A stretch of 64,000 nucleotides of DNA, from the NCBI GenBank assembly GCA_041486445.1, contig JBGPLI010000002.1, forward strand, positions 9,066 through 73,065. The letters are read 5' to 3'. The stretch comes from Bryobacteraceae bacterium. GTDB taxonomy: Bacteria; Acidobacteriota; Terriglobia; Bryobacterales; Bryobacteraceae. Below the pieces are notes generated by a model. It saw only the letters and a program-made list of their open reading frames with translations, was not told the origin of the DNA and did not search any database. Position numbers and translations under genes: made by a program. Below are positions 26,810-37,253 of this stretch, piece by piece; the first letter of the stretch is position 1, and each line of letters starts with the position of its first letter.

Positions 26810-27588
26810 TGCGGATCTCGACCACCGTGGCGGATTGGATCGAGCAACGCCGCGCCATCGCGGCGGCCGGCGTCGGCTTCGTGCCGACCATGGGCGCGCT
26901 GCACCGGGGTCACGCGTCGCTGGTGGAGCGATGTCGACGGGAAAATGAAATCGTCATCGTCAGCATCTTCGTGAATCCGTCGCAGTTTAACGACCCGAAA
27001 GACCTGGAGCGATACCCGCGCACGCTCGACCAGGACCTGGCGATGCTCGAAGGCCTGGGCGTCGACCACGTGTTCGCGCCGGCTTCGGCGGATCTCTATC
27101 CGCGCGGCTACCGCTACCGCGTCGAGACCGAATGCATGACCGGGATGATGGAGGGAGCGCACCGCCCCGGTTTTTTCCAGGGAGTGATGACCGTCGTTCT
27201 GAAGCTTTTGAACCTCGTGCGCGCCGGCCGCGCGTACTTCGGCGAAAAGGACTACCAGCAGCTCCAGGTCATCGCCGAAATGACGCGGGATTTCTTCATA
27301 CCGACCGAGATCGTTCCGTGCCCCACGGTGCGGGCGGAATCCGGCCTGGCGGAAAGCTCGCGGAACGCGCTGCTATCGACCGACGCGCGTGAAAAAGCCG
27401 CGGGACTGTTCCGCGTCCTTACGCATAGCGCCGATGCCGGCTCGGCCGTGGCGTGCCTCGAAGCGGCCGGATTCCAAGTGGACTACGTCGAAGAGCACTG
27501 GGGGCGGCGATTCGGCGCGGCATTTCTCGAAGGCGTGCGGCTGATCGACAATGTGCCGCTGGCGGAAACGGCGAGGGAAGCGCGCTGA
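26809..27588 (+). CDS. panC: Pantoate--beta-alanine ligase
   Basis: FVPTMGALHRGHASLV (HIGH-like) and VSIFVNPSQFN. The panB stop overlaps this start (TGATG). Confidence 0.9.
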   Translation: MRISTTVADWIEQRRAIAAAGVGFVPTMGALHRGHASLVERCRRENEIVIVSIFVNPSQFNDPKDLERYPRTLDQDLAMLEGLGVDHVFAPASADLYPRGYRYRVETECMTGMMEGAHRPGFFQGVMTVVLKLLNLVRAGRAYFGEKDYQQLQVIAEMTRDFFIPTEIVPCPTVRAESGLAESSRNALLSTDAREKAAGLFRVLTHSADAGSAVACLEAAGFQVDYVEEHWGRRFGAAFLEGVRLIDNVPLAETAREAR

Positions 27589-28376
27589 TGCTGCTGTGCC
27601 TGGACGTCGGCAACAGCCAGCTCTTCGGCGGCGTCTATGACGGCCCCGATCTCAAAGTGACCTTCCGGCGGACCTCCAGCGTGCGCGCCTCCTCCGACGA
27701 ATTCGGCGCCTTTTTTCGGTCGGTGCTGCGCGAAAACGAAGTCGAGCCGGGCCAGATCGATATGGCGGGGATCTGCTCGGTGGTGCCCGACGCCTTGCAC
27801 TCGCTTCGGAACTGTTTCCGAAAATATTTCCATTTCGAGCCGTTTCTGCTTCAGCCCGGAGCGAAAACGGGGCTCAAGATCCGCTATCGAAATCCGTTGG
27901 AGGTCGGAGCGGACAAAATTGCGAACGCCATCGGGGGCATCGCGCGATTTCCGGGACGCAACTTGCTGATCGTCGACTTCGGCACGGCCACGACGCTCTG
28001 CGCCGTGACCAAGGACAAGGAGTATCTGGGCGGCATCATCACCCCGGGGATTCAAATCTCGATGTTGGCGCTCGAATCGAGGACCGCGCAACTGCCTTCG
28101 GTGGCGATCACGCGTCCTTCCGAGGTTCTGGGACGCTCGGTGGTGGAGAGCATCCAGTCGGGGTTGTACTACGGAACGCTGGCGACGGTGCGGTCGCTGG
28201 CCACTCTGGTGACGGCGGAGCATTTCGCCAAGGAGAAACCCGCCGTGCTCGGCACCGGAGGATTCGGACGGCTGTTCGCGGGCGAGAAATTCTTCGACGC
28301 GTTCATACCCGAGCTTCCCCTGATCGGCTTGCGCCGGGCAGTGGAGCTTTCGCGCGCGACTACCCCCCAGGGGTAA
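27588..28376 (+). CDS. coaX: Type III pantothenate kinase
   Basis: MLLCLDVGNSQ start, VDFGTATT and GGIITPG motifs. ATG at 27588 overlaps the panC stop. Confidence 0.85.
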   Translation: MLLCLDVGNSQLFGGVYDGPDLKVTFRRTSSVRASSDEFGAFFRSVLRENEVEPGQIDMAGICSVVPDALHSLRNCFRKYFHFEPFLLQPGAKTGLKIRYRNPLEVGADKIANAIGGIARFPGRNLLIVDFGTATTLCAVTKDKEYLGGIITPGIQISMLALESRTAQLPSVAITRPSEVLGRSVVESIQSGLYYGTLATVRSLATLVTAEHFAKEKPAVLGTGGFGRLFAGEKFFDAFIPELPLIGLRRAVELSRATTPQG

Positions 28377-28413
28377 TTTACACGCGGCCGAAGCCGGCGT
28401 AAGCTGTGGCCGT

Positions 28414-28860
28414 ATGATCCGACTCCTGCTCTTTGCAGCAATCACATTTTTCGGAGCCGTCGCGCCCCGCTACACGCTCGAGGAGCTCGCGGCTCATTCC
28501 GAGTTCATTGTGCACGGCAGGATCGCCGCCTCCAGGGTCGCCTGGGACGCCAGGCACAAATACATCTGGACTCATTACGATGTCGCCGTCATCGAAAGCA
28601 TCCGCGGCGGACCCGCGGCAATCGCCGTCAGCGAGCCGGGCGGGAGTCTCGACGGAGTCAATCAGCAATTCAGTGGCGCCGTGTCCTACTCGGCCGGAGA
28701 AGAGGTTGTGCTGTTCCTCTATCGCACTCCCATCGGGTACTTGCGGACCACGGGCGGGCTGCAAGGCAAGGTCAGCGCCGGCCCACGTCTCGACCTTTGG
28801 CGATTCACTGCGCGCGTGCGGGAAGCGGTGGCCGCCCATCCATACAGGGAGGCGCGGTAG
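28414..28860 (+). CDS. Hypothetical exported protein
   Basis: 148-aa ORF with signal-like N-terminus MIRLLLFAAITFFGAVA. Immediately upstream of the metalloprotease gene. Confidence 0.5.
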   Translation: MIRLLLFAAITFFGAVAPRYTLEELAAHSEFIVHGRIAASRVAWDARHKYIWTHYDVAVIESIRGGPAAIAVSEPGGSLDGVNQQFSGAVSYSAGEEVVLFLYRTPIGYLRTTGGLQGKVSAGPRLDLWRFTARVREAVAAHPYREAR

Positions 28861-28862
28861 CT

Positions 28863-30251
28863 ATGCATTGGATCGTTCTCACGGCCTTGTTGTGCGGCGC
28901 TCCGGCGTCCGCGTACGTGCGCTTGGTGACCAAGACGGGCGTTCCCCTGTTCCGTCCCGACGCGGCAGGCATTCAGTTTTTGGTGAACCCTTCGGTTCAA
29001 CCGGGCGCGGCCAACGCGCAAGGCGAAGTGATGATCACGCCTGGCAGCGACCCGATGTCGGCGCTCGCCGCGGCCGCTCTAAGCTGGAACGCCGTCGACA
29101 CCTCACTCGCCCGCTTCCTGCCGCTCCAGACGGCTTCGCTTTCAAACAACCCCAGCGACGGCAACCACGTGATCACTATCGAAGATACTCCGGAGAACCG
29201 CAGCGTCGTGGGTTCTCTGGTCGCGGTCACAGTCTTGCAGTACAACCTGAACGGAGCGGAGATGGACACCGACATCATCATCAATCCGGGAGCGGCGTTT
29301 TCGACCGACCATTCCCAAGGCACCTACGATCTCCAGGCCGTGATCACGCACGAGCTTGGCCACGCGCTGGGAGCGAACCACTCCGGACTGATCTCGGCCA
29401 CCATGTTCCCGTCGACGTTCCCGTTCGCGCCGTTCGTCTCGGTGGCCGAGGCGACCATGCAGGCCACGCTGTCGGCCGACGACGCCGCTTTCGTCACCGA
29501 GGTGTATCCCTCGCCCGACGCCGATACGCGGCTGGGGAACATCGCCGGAACGGTCGCTCTCACAAATGGCGTTCCCGTCGCGGGAGCGCTGGTCGCAGCG
29601 GTCGACCCGTCGACGGGCGTTTCGGTAGGCGGTCTCGCGAGCCTGACCGACGGCAGCTTCAGGATCGCGCGCGTGCCCCCAGGCAACTACCTCGTGTATG
29701 CGCACCCGCTCGATGGTCCGGTTTTCCCGTTCAACCTGGCGCTGGCCGCGACGGCCCCGCCGAACACTACGTTTCGCTCGACGTTCTTCGGGGGCAACGA
29801 CTCGCCCCTTACCGTTACGATCGGGGCTGGAGACAACGCGCAGGTCGGTATTGTTGTTGACTCGGCCCCCACCGCTCTCTCGCTCCCGTTTCTGGGCTTC
29901 GGTCCGGCGGACGGCAATGGCTGGGGCTATCTCACCGGCGCCAGCGCGGTCGCCAGCGGCGGCCCGGTTGACTTGTATTTGTGGGGCGCGGGAATCGACT
30001 CCCACATCACGGCTGGTCAGATCCGGTTGCTCGGCCCCGGAATAACGCTTCGTCCCGGCACCGTGACAAGCGTGCCCGACGCCGCCGTGGCTGGGATGAC
30101 GCCGCTGCGGTTTACCGTGGACATCGCCGCGATGCCTTCGCGCACGATTGCCAGTATCGCCGTGATCGACGGAACCGATGCGGCGATCTACTCGGGCGGG
30201 CTCGTGCTGCTCCCGGTTGTTCCGCCCATGAGCCGCGCTTCCCCCGAGTAA
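28863..30251 (+). CDS. Matrixin-like (metzincin, M10-type) zinc metalloprotease with CarboxypepD_reg-like and Ig-like C-terminal domains
   Basis: [12 protein letters not shown] (HExxHxxGxxH); signal peptide from ATG at 28863; [24 protein letters not shown]...[16 protein letters not shown] regulatory-like domain. Confidence 0.7.
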   Translation: MHWIVLTALLCGAPASAYVRLVTKTGVPLFRPDAAGIQFLVNPSVQPGAANAQGEVMITPGSDPMSALAAAALSWNAVDTSLARFLPLQTASLSNNPSDGNHVITIEDTPENRSVVGSLVAVTVLQYNLNGAEMDTDIIINPGAAFSTDHSQGTYDLQAVITHELGHALGANHSGLISATMFPSTFPFAPFVSVAEATMQATLSADDAAFVTEVYPSPDADTRLGNIAGTVALTNGVPVAGALVAAVDPSTGVSVGGLASLTDGSFRIARVPPGNYLVYAHPLDGPVFPFNLALAATAPPNTTFRSTFFGGNDSPLTVTIGAGDNAQVGIVVDSAPTALSLPFLGFGPADGNGWGYLTGASAVASGGPVDLYLWGAGIDSHITAGQIRLLGPGITLRPGTVTSVPDAAVAGMTPLRFTVDIAAMPSRTIASIAVIDGTDAAIYSGGLVLLPVVPPMSRASPE

Positions 30252-31018
30252 ACGTTGAACCGCCGGTCGCGGACGAAGCCGGCGAGCGTCATCCCGAACC
30301 GCAGCGCCAGCTCGACCGCCAGGCTCGAGGGCGCGCCCACCGCCGCCAGCACCGGTATGCCGGCCATCAGCGCTTTCTGCACCAGCTCGAAACTGGCCCG
30401 TCCGCTGACCATCAGCAGGCAGTCGTTCAACGGCACGCTTCCCTCAAGAAAAGCGCAGCCCACCAGCTTATCCACGGCGTTGTGACGGCCCACGTCCTCG
30501 CGCACATTGAGCAACTGGCCGGAGGAATCGAACAGAGCCGCGGCATGAAGTCCACCCGTACGTTCGAAAACCATCTGTTTCGTCCGCAGTGTTTCGGGCA
30601 GCGTGTGAATCACGCCCGGCTCGATCCTGGGCCGGTCGCGAGGCAGCGCGGGGCAACCTATGCTCTCGAGCGCCTCAATCGATGCCTTGCCGCATACGCC
30701 GCAGCTCGAGGTGAGATAAAAATGACGCTCCAGGCGGTCCAGATCGATATCGGCGTCGCCGGCCAGAGTGAGAGTGATGACGTTGCGAGGCCCCGCCTTG
30801 ATCGACGAAATCTGACTGGCGCGCTGGAGAATTCCTTCGCTGAATAGAAACCCCGCGGCGAGCTCCGCGTCGTTGCCCGGAGTGCGCATGGTGATGGCGA
30901 CGTTTCGTTTCCCGACTCGAATTTGAAGCGGTTCTTCGACGGCTAGCAGGTCCTGTTCCGCAATGGCTGAGGAGTCGCTCACCTTGCGAATGGGCACCGT
31001 GATGATGTTCCGCTTCAT
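30188..31018 (-). CDS. fdhD: Formate dehydrogenase accessory sulfurtransferase FdhD
   Basis: [11 protein letters not shown] and [11 protein letters not shown] motifs. ATG at 31018 ([10 protein letters not shown]). The 3' end overlaps the protease gene tail-to-tail by 64 nt. Confidence 0.85.
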   Translation of the reverse strand: MKRNIITVPIRKVSDSSAIAEQDLLAVEEPLQIRVGKRNVAITMRTPGNDAELAAGFLFSEGILQRASQISSIKAGPRNVITLTLAGDADIDLDRLERHFYLTSSCGVCGKASIEALESIGCPALPRDRPRIEPGVIHTLPETLRTKQMVFERTGGLHAAALFDSSGQLLNVREDVGRHNAVDKLVGCAFLEGSVPLNDCLLMVSGRASFELVQKALMAGIPVLAAVGAPSSLAVELALRFGMTLAGFVRDRRFNVYSGEARLMGGTTGSSTSPPE

Positions 31019-31070
31019 GTGATTTTGAGTATAGCGAGGCGTCACAGTTGAGGTAGACTGGAGGCACAGC

Positions 31071-31589
31071 ATGGAGGGCAAGGAGAAATCCGCTAAAACC
31101 GCAAGCGGCCCGCATGGCATGCGCGACCGGTGGGCCCTGAGAATCAAGGACCGAGCGGCATTCGGAGAATTCTGCGTGACTCTTCGCGAGGAGGAGGTGC
31201 CGTTCGCGTTGCCCGGATTTCAGACCGTCGCCCTCGCCGTCCCGGCATGGAAGCTCCAGAGTAGGTCGAAGCAGTTATACGAAGAGTTGAAACGCAACGA
31301 TGTTCTGGAGCAATACGCCATCACGTCGGAAGGCAAACGACATCTTCCCGGCCCGGAGGAGGCCAAGGACCTCCTCCGGAAGTTTACCGAAGAACTCCGC
31401 TCCCGCAAGTATGCGGCGGCGTTGCCAGCAGCCCGGTCTTTCCGGAGCCTCACCACGACTCGGCATTCCACGGCTGGTGGCACGACACCAAAGCCGGAGG
31501 CGTCGTCAGCGATTCAAACATATTGCTCGTCGCAAGCGCACCTCTTCCGACGACCGAGCCATTGCTCCACACGTATTTGGAAATATTAA
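31071..31589 (+). CDS. Hypothetical protein (only the first ~115 codons look convincingly coding)
   Basis: ORF divergent from fdhD. No recognisable domain; the C-terminal third is low-complexity S/T/R-rich. Confidence 0.3.
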   Translation: MEGKEKSAKTASGPHGMRDRWALRIKDRAAFGEFCVTLREEEVPFALPGFQTVALAVPAWKLQSRSKQLYEELKRNDVLEQYAITSEGKRHLPGPEEAKDLLRKFTEELRSRKYAAALPAARSFRSLTTTRHSTAGGTTPKPEASSAIQTYCSSQAHLFRRPSHCSTRIWKY

Positions 31590-32045
31590 AGCTCAACTGT
31601 CAGCAGGACTTTGCGCAGGACATTGTTTGGCTCACCATCCACCCCGTCGAACGCATCGCCGGTAACGATTATGTTCGATAGCGGATCGCGGCCGCACGCG
31701 CGCGGTAACTCGCCTCTCCTCCGCACTTGGCGCCCCGAAACGCTCTTCGGGCGCGTCCGCTCGTGTTAACCGGAGAGGAAGGCAACGCACATGGCAACAC
31801 GAACGCGGCTCATTCCCAACTGCACTTCGATGGGTTCGTTTTCAAAAGGGGTTAACAGTTAAAGACTTGTTTTTACTTGAGGTTGCCATAAAAAGTCATG
31901 GGTTCGTTTCGTATTTTTTGTTTGCCGCGCTCCCCGTTGCGCCGGCGAGTACGCCGCACCCTCGGATGAGTCCATACTTTCAAGAACTTCTGCAACCAAC
32001 CCATCCGCCACAACCGATCGGCGAGCGAGTGATAAAATCACTACA

Positions 32046-34730
32046 GTGACCAAGCACATCCTCCGCATTTCGCTGGCCCTCCTCGCCAGTGGCCTGGCCC
32101 TCGCCCAGCCCATCCCCTCCCCGGAGCAGTATTTCGGCTTCAAGATCGGCGCCGACCGGAAACTCGTCCGCTACGACAAGATCGTCGAGTATCTCGAAAA
32201 GATCGCCGGCCAGTCCGACCGGGTGCGCATCCGCACGCTGGGGCCGACCACGCAAGGCAATCCTTTGGTGCTGCTCGAGATCGGCGCACCGGCGACTCTC
32301 AGGCGCCTGGATCACTACAAAGCGCTCGAGCGCAAGCTGTACTTCCAGGGCGGCGCGCCCACCGAGGCCGAGCGGGAGCAGATCTTCCGCGAAGGCAAGT
32401 CAGTCGTGCTGGTGACCAATAACATCCATTCGAACGAGATCGGCGCTTCGCAGATGGTGATCGAGGCCGTCTACAGGCTTGCCACCGAGGATTCCTCCAC
32501 CATCAAGAAGATCCTCGACAACGTCGTTTTCCTGCTGATTCCGTCGCTCAATCCCGACGGCCAGATCATGGTGACGGACTGGTACAACAAATATCTCGGC
32601 ACGCCGCAGGAAGGCGGTCCGATGCCGTACGTCTATCACCCCTATGCCGGCCACGACAACAACCGCGATATGTTCCTGTTTTCTCTCAAGGAAAGCCAAC
32701 TGACGGCGGGGGTCCTCTGGCACGATTGGTTCCCCTCGATCTGGCTGGACGAGCATCAGCAGGGCAACAGCGGGCCGCGCATCTTCACCATGCCCGCCAC
32801 CGATCCCATCAATCCGAACGTGCACCCGCTGATCTACCGCTTGAACACCATCTACGGTCAGGCGCAGGCGGCGGCGCTCGAAGCCGAGGGTCGGGAAGGG
32901 ATCATCCATAACGCCAACTACACAAATTTCTGGGAGGGCGCGATGGCGTGGTCCGGCTGGTGGCACAACCAGGTGGGCCTGCTGACCGAAGTTGCCAGCG
33001 CGCGCATCGCCACGCCAGTGGTGCAGGCGAAGGCGGATCCGACCCGGCCGCCGGCGGGCGCTCTCGCCCAGATTGGCCGCGCGGGCCTGGCCGGTCCTGG
33101 AGGAGGCGCCGCCGCGCAGGATCTCGGTCCGAACACTCCTCTGCCGCCACCGGCCGACATCGTTTCACGCACGGAATATCCGCGGCCCTGGCTCGGCGGG
33201 CCGTGGCGCTTGCGGGACATCGTGGATTACGAGCTGACGGCGACCTTCGCGTTGCTTGAGGCCGCGGCGGATCAGCGCGAAACGCTGCTCCGCCAGATCT
33301 ACAACGTCAACCGGAACACGGTGGAGCTGGGCCGCCAGGGCAGCCTCGGATTCGGCGACCGGGAGAAGAACTTCGGCGTGTTGATTCCCACCGCCGGCCA
33401 GCACGATCCGAATGAAGTGGCTGAGCTGGTCGGCAAACTCATGACCGGCGGCGTCGAGATTTATCAGGCGCGGATTGGATTCACCGAGGACGGTGAGAGC
33501 TATCCGGCCGGCACCTACGTGATTCCCTTTGGCCAGGTGTTTGCGCGCTGGGCCAAGGATATGCTCGAGAAGCAAACGTATCCGGAAGTGCGGCGCACGC
33601 CGGGCGCGCCGGCCGAGGTTCCCTACGACGTCTCGGCATGGTCGTTGGGGATGCAGTTCGGCGTGAAGACCGTTTTCGCCCGGACTCCTCTTCCGGATGG
33701 TCTGCCACTGGAGCCGGTGACGAGCGCTCCCAGGTTCGTACTCTCGGCGGAGAAGATCGCCGGGCGCCGCAGTTTCCCCTACACCGGAGCGGAGAGCTCG
33801 GTGGTGGTGAACCGCCTTCTCAACGCGGGCGCGAAGGTCAGCATCGGGAAACCGCGCGGGCTGGAGCCGCCGGTGGTCCAGGTGCGCGCGACCGAAGAGG
33901 CGTGGAATCGCGCTGTCGCCGGTTTCGAGGTGAACATGAAGACAGCAGCCGCGTCGCGCCTGGAGGAGCTGGGCGCCGCACTGCGCGCGCCGCGAGTCGG
34001 GCTGTATCAGTCCTGGACCGCGAACATGGATGAGGGCTGGACGCGCTGGGTGCTGGAGCATTACGAGTTCTCGTACAAAACTCTGCACAACGCCGATATC
34101 CAGGCGGGCGGACTGCGCCGCCAGTTCGACGTGATCGTCCTGCCGGACCAAACCGAGCGGAGCATCCTCGAAGGGCAGGTTTCCACGTTCATCTCGGCTG
34201 AATATCGTGGTGGCATTGGAGAGAAGGGATGGGAGTCGTTGCGGGAGTTCATCGACCAGGGTGGCGCGCTCATCGCGCTGGGCGATGCGTCAAATCTGAT
34301 CCTGGATCGGATGCCGCTGCCGGTGAAGGAACTGAAGCGCACGCTCGCCCGCGACCAGCAGTACGCACCGGGAACTATCGTCAATCTGCAAGTCGATACC
34401 AGCCATCCCATCGGGCTCGGCTCCGCGCCAGATACGTTCGGCTTCTACATCAACTCGCCGTTTTTCCAGCTCACCGAGGGGTTCTCCTCGCAGAAGGTGA
34501 GCGTAGTGGCCCGCTATCCCAACATGGGAGTGAATGCGTCGGGATGGTTGCGCGGGGAAGAGTATATGCTGGGCCGCGCCGCGGTGGTCGCCGTGGAAAC
34601 CAATCCGGGCAAAGTGGTGCTGTTCGGAATCCGCCCGCAACACCGGGCCCAGACGCACGCCACTCTGCCCATGCTGTTCGGCGCGCTGTACTGGTCTGCG
34701 GAAGGCGATCTGACGGCGGGAGCGCAGTAA
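32046..34730 (+). CDS. Large exported M14-family zinc carboxypeptidase-like protein
   Basis: GTG start with signal peptide MTKHILRISLALLASGLALAQP. HxxE zinc motif in NNIHSNEIGASQM and typical M14 N-terminal region (GNPLVLLEIG). Confidence 0.75.
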   Translation: MTKHILRISLALLASGLALAQPIPSPEQYFGFKIGADRKLVRYDKIVEYLEKIAGQSDRVRIRTLGPTTQGNPLVLLEIGAPATLRRLDHYKALERKLYFQGGAPTEAEREQIFREGKSVVLVTNNIHSNEIGASQMVIEAVYRLATEDSSTIKKILDNVVFLLIPSLNPDGQIMVTDWYNKYLGTPQEGGPMPYVYHPYAGHDNNRDMFLFSLKESQLTAGVLWHDWFPSIWLDEHQQGNSGPRIFTMPATDPINPNVHPLIYRLNTIYGQAQAAALEAEGREGIIHNANYTNFWEGAMAWSGWWHNQVGLLTEVASARIATPVVQAKADPTRPPAGALAQIGRAGLAGPGGGAAAQDLGPNTPLPPPADIVSRTEYPRPWLGGPWRLRDIVDYELTATFALLEAAADQRETLLRQIYNVNRNTVELGRQGSLGFGDREKNFGVLIPTAGQHDPNEVAELVGKLMTGGVEIYQARIGFTEDGESYPAGTYVIPFGQVFARWAKDMLEKQTYPEVRRTPGAPAEVPYDVSAWSLGMQFGVKTVFARTPLPDGLPLEPVTSAPRFVLSAEKIAGRRSFPYTGAESSVVVNRLLNAGAKVSIGKPRGLEPPVVQVRATEEAWNRAVAGFEVNMKTAAASRLEELGAALRAPRVGLYQSWTANMDEGWTRWVLEHYEFSYKTLHNADIQAGGLRRQFDVIVLPDQTERSILEGQVSTFISAEYRGGIGEKGWESLREFIDQGGALIALGDASNLILDRMPLPVKELKRTLARDQQYAPGTIVNLQVDTSHPIGLGSAPDTFGFYINSPFFQLTEGFSSQKVSVVARYPNMGVNASGWLRGEEYMLGRAAVVAVETNPGKVVLFGIRPQHRAQTHATLPMLFGALYWSAEGDLTAGAQ

Positions 34731-34772
34731 ACCCTCCGGCCGCCGCTCGCGTCTCTATCAGCAGGAGTACAT

Positions 34773-35258
34773 ATGATGAAAGAGACGCTGACCGCATTCC
34801 TTCTCACTTCGGTATTTGCCACCTCGATGCTGGCCCAGAGGCAGGGCGGCCCGCGCGACCCGGCGACAATGATCCAGCGCCGCGTGAATTTATTGACCAC
34901 CGTGCTCTCACTCACCAATAACCAGCAGACGCAGGCGAGCACGATTTTCACCGCTGCCGCGGCGTCCAACATGGTGGTTCGCAACAATCTTCAAAATGCC
35001 CGCCAGAGCCTGGCCGACGCCGTGAAGAACAATGACACCGCCATGATCGACCAGCTTTCGACCACCATCGGCAACCTGACCGCCCAACAGACGTCGAGCG
35101 ACGCCAAGGCCAACGCGGCCTTCTACCAGATGCTGACCCCGGATCAACAGACCAAGCTGAATGAGATCAAGAGGCAGCGTCCGGGCATGTTCGGAGGGAT
35201 GGGTCCTGGCGGTCCGGGCCCCGGTCCGGCTGGCCGGCGGCCTCCCCCGCAGCAGTAA
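34773..35258 (+). CDS. Spy/CpxP-like periplasmic protein (LTxxQ motifs)
   Basis: Signal peptide. LTNNQQTQ and LTPDQQTKL motifs. Gly/Pro-rich tail. Confidence 0.6.
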   Translation: MMKETLTAFLLTSVFATSMLAQRQGGPRDPATMIQRRVNLLTTVLSLTNNQQTQASTIFTAAAASNMVVRNNLQNARQSLADAVKNNDTAMIDQLSTTIGNLTAQQTSSDAKANAAFYQMLTPDQQTKLNEIKRQRPGMFGGMGPGGPGPGPAGRRPPPQQ

Positions 35259-35310
35259 TCCGGGCCTGATTTGTCAAGAGAAATCCCAAGCGCTCGGGCA
35301 ACTAGTTTGT

Positions 35311-35757
35311 GTGCCGAAACGGTTGCTTGCGCTGATCGTATCTTTTTCCGGGATCGCGGCCGCCCAAAGCCGCGCCGAGTACCTTGGGGGAACGGCGGCC
35401 ACTCTCGATAGCGGCAACACCGGCTCGATCGACGTCTTCGACGACCGCTATTTCGCCTTTTACGCCAAAAAAGGCGAGGTGCGGGTGCGCTACGACCGCA
35501 TCAACCTCATCGAGTATGGCCAGAAGGTGGACCGGCGCCTGGCGATGGCGGTGATCATCTCGCCCGTGTTTCTGCTGAGCAAGAAGCGCCAGCACTTCCT
35601 CACCGTCGGTTACACCGACGAGAGCGGCACGCAGCAGGCGCTGGTTTTTCGCGTCGACAAGAACGGGATTCGCCCGACGCTGGTGAGTCTGGAGGCGCGC
35701 ACCGGGCTGAAGGTGCAGTATCAGGACGAGGAAGCGCGCAAGGCCGGGAGGGGATGA
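35311..35757 (+). CDS. Hypothetical exported protein
   Basis: GTG at 35311 gives signal peptide VPKRLLALIVSFSGIAAAQS. The stop overlaps the next start (ATGA). Confidence 0.45.
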   Translation: MPKRLLALIVSFSGIAAAQSRAEYLGGTAATLDSGNTGSIDVFDDRYFAFYAKKGEVRVRYDRINLIEYGQKVDRRLAMAVIISPVFLLSKKRQHFLTVGYTDESGTQQALVFRVDKNGIRPTLVSLEARTGLKVQYQDEEARKAGRG

Positions 35758-36344
35758 TGAAGCTGCCCGTCGCATTGCTCCTGATGGCGAGCGCCGCCGC
35801 ATTCGGCGAGGACGACCTTTCGCAACAATTGCTGGGGATCAAACGCGTCTTCGTCGACCGGCTCACGGGCGGCGAGACTGCCGCGCAGATGCGCGACCTG
35901 GTGATCAGTGCTCTCCAGGGTTCCAGGCTCTTCGTCCTCACGGAGAACCAGGAGCGCGCCGATGCGGTTCTGCGTGGCGCGGCCGAGGACCTGATCTACA
36001 CCGACGCATTCAGTTCGTCGGAGGGCGTGAACGTGCGCGGAGGCGCGTCGGCCGGCTCGGGCTCGAGCAGCGGTTCGCGCTACAACGGCGCCGGAGCCAG
36101 CATCAGCGACCGCAGCAGCCGGTCTGTGAATCTCGGGATCGGCGAGCATGAATCGACGAACATCCGCGAGCGCCGGCACGAGGCGCTGGCCACCGTGCGC
36201 CTGGTGAACAAGGACGGGGACGTGATCTGGTCCACCACGCAGGAAAGCAACGGCGCGAAGTTTCGCGGCGCCAGCGCGGACGTGGCGGACAAAATCACGC
36301 GGCAACTTGTCGCCGACTACGACAAGGTGAAAAGAGTGAAATAG
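35754..36344 (+). CDS. Hypothetical exported protein (here called gene X). Its 3' 245 nt are duplicated at 37438-37682.
   Basis: Signal peptide MMKLPVALLLMASAAAFG; central Gly/Ser-rich linker; conserved C-terminal domain ATVRLVNKDGDVIWSTTQESNGAKFRG. Confidence 0.55.
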   Translation: MMKLPVALLLMASAAAFGEDDLSQQLLGIKRVFVDRLTGGETAAQMRDLVISALQGSRLFVLTENQERADAVLRGAAEDLIYTDAFSSSEGVNVRGGASAGSGSSSGSRYNGAGASISDRSSRSVNLGIGEHESTNIRERRHEALATVRLVNKDGDVIWSTTQESNGAKFRGASADVADKITRQLVADYDKVKRVK

Positions 36345-36346
36345 CA
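36102..36346. repeat. Direct repeat copy 1 (3' end of gene X)
   Basis: Aligns without gaps to 37438-37682. I counted about 17 mismatches over roughly 230-245 nt by hand. Confidence 0.8.
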
Positions 36347-36383
36347 CGATCGCCGCAACGCGCTGAGACTTTGCACTGTTCTC

Positions 36384-36824
36384 TCACTCCTCGCCGATGT
36401 CCTCATTCCACAATTCAGGGTGCTTTTGTTGGAACCGTTGCATCATGGCCACGCATGTGGGATCGTCCCAGACGATCACCTCAACACCGCGCTTGCGTAG
36501 GTAGTCTTCCGGGCCGCGAAAAGTGCGATTCTCGCCAACGATCACTTTGGGAATCTTATAAAGCAGAATCGCCCCGCTGCACATGTCGCAAGGCGAGAGC
36601 GTCGAGTAAAGTGTGGCTCGCCGATAGTCTTCCGGCGACAGCCTGCCGGCGTTTTCAAGACAATCCATTTCGGCATGCAGGATGGGACTCTCCTTCTGCA
36701 CCCGTTGGTTGTGGCCGCGTCCTACGATCTTGCTGTCTATGACGAGCACTGATCCGATGGGGATCCCACCGGCCGACAGTCCCTCTGTTGCTTGTTCGAT
36801 TGCTTCCTTTAAAAAAAGGTCCAT
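36384..36824 (-). CDS. Fcy1-type cytosine deaminase (CMP/dCMP-type zinc deaminase fold)
   Basis: HAEMDCLEN and PCDMCSGAILLYKIPKVIVGEN zinc motifs. End-to-end resemblance to yeast cytosine deaminase, including the C-terminal LWNEDIGEE. Confidence 0.8.
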   Translation of the reverse strand: MDLFLKEAIEQATEGLSAGGIPIGSVLVIDSKIVGRGHNQRVQKESPILHAEMDCLENAGRLSPEDYRRATLYSTLSPCDMCSGAILLYKIPKVIVGENRTFRGPEDYLRKRGVEVIVWDDPTCVAMMQRFQQKHPELWNEDIGEE

Positions 36825-36878
36825 GAACGTTTCTCAATCGGGTATTTCCCTCGCCTAGCTTGGATAAATCCTGCCACC

Positions 36879-37253
36879 TCACCTCTCGCGGGAATGTGCC
36901 TGCCGCGATCCGATCGCCTCGGCGATGATCGCGGTCACCAGGCTGTTAATGCTGACGCCCTCGCGTTCCGCCTGCTTCTTTAGCCTGGCATAAAGCGTCC
37001 GCGGCAGGCGCTGCCGCCATTGAGCGGCCTCGATGCTGGGTTTCGGTAGCTTTCGGCCCGACTCTCGGAATACGTCCAGGCAATCGCGAAGGGCTTCCCT
37101 GCCGTTGGCGATCGCCTCTTCGACGGTCTCTCCATCGGACATGCATCCAGGTATGTCGGGATACTCCACCAGATAGCCGCCGCCCTCATCCGCTGAAAGC
37201 GGGCGAACCGTAAACTGGTACCCGTCAAGATCTCGCTTTCTATTTGCTCTCAT
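36879..37253 (-). CDS. hicB: HicB-family antitoxin with C-terminal ribbon-helix-helix
   Basis: YQFTVRPLSADEGGGYLVEYPDIPGCMSDGETVEEAIANGREALRDCL (HicB/UPF0150 fold), followed by LPRTLYARLKKQAEREGVSINSLVTAIIAEAIG (RHH). Start ATG at 37253 preferred over 37292. Confidence 0.75.
   Translation of the reverse strand: MRANRKRDLDGYQFTVRPLSADEGGGYLVEYPDIPGCMSDGETVEEAIANGREALRDCLDVFRESGRKLPKPSIEAAQWRQRLPRTLYARLKKQAEREGVSINSLVTAIIAEAIGSRQAHSRER

Noticed and set aside
31825-31915. gggttcg-containing segments that resemble tRNA T-arms
   Set aside because: I could not fold an acceptor stem, anticodon arm or complete cloverleaf around either copy. They are treated as a short direct repeat instead.
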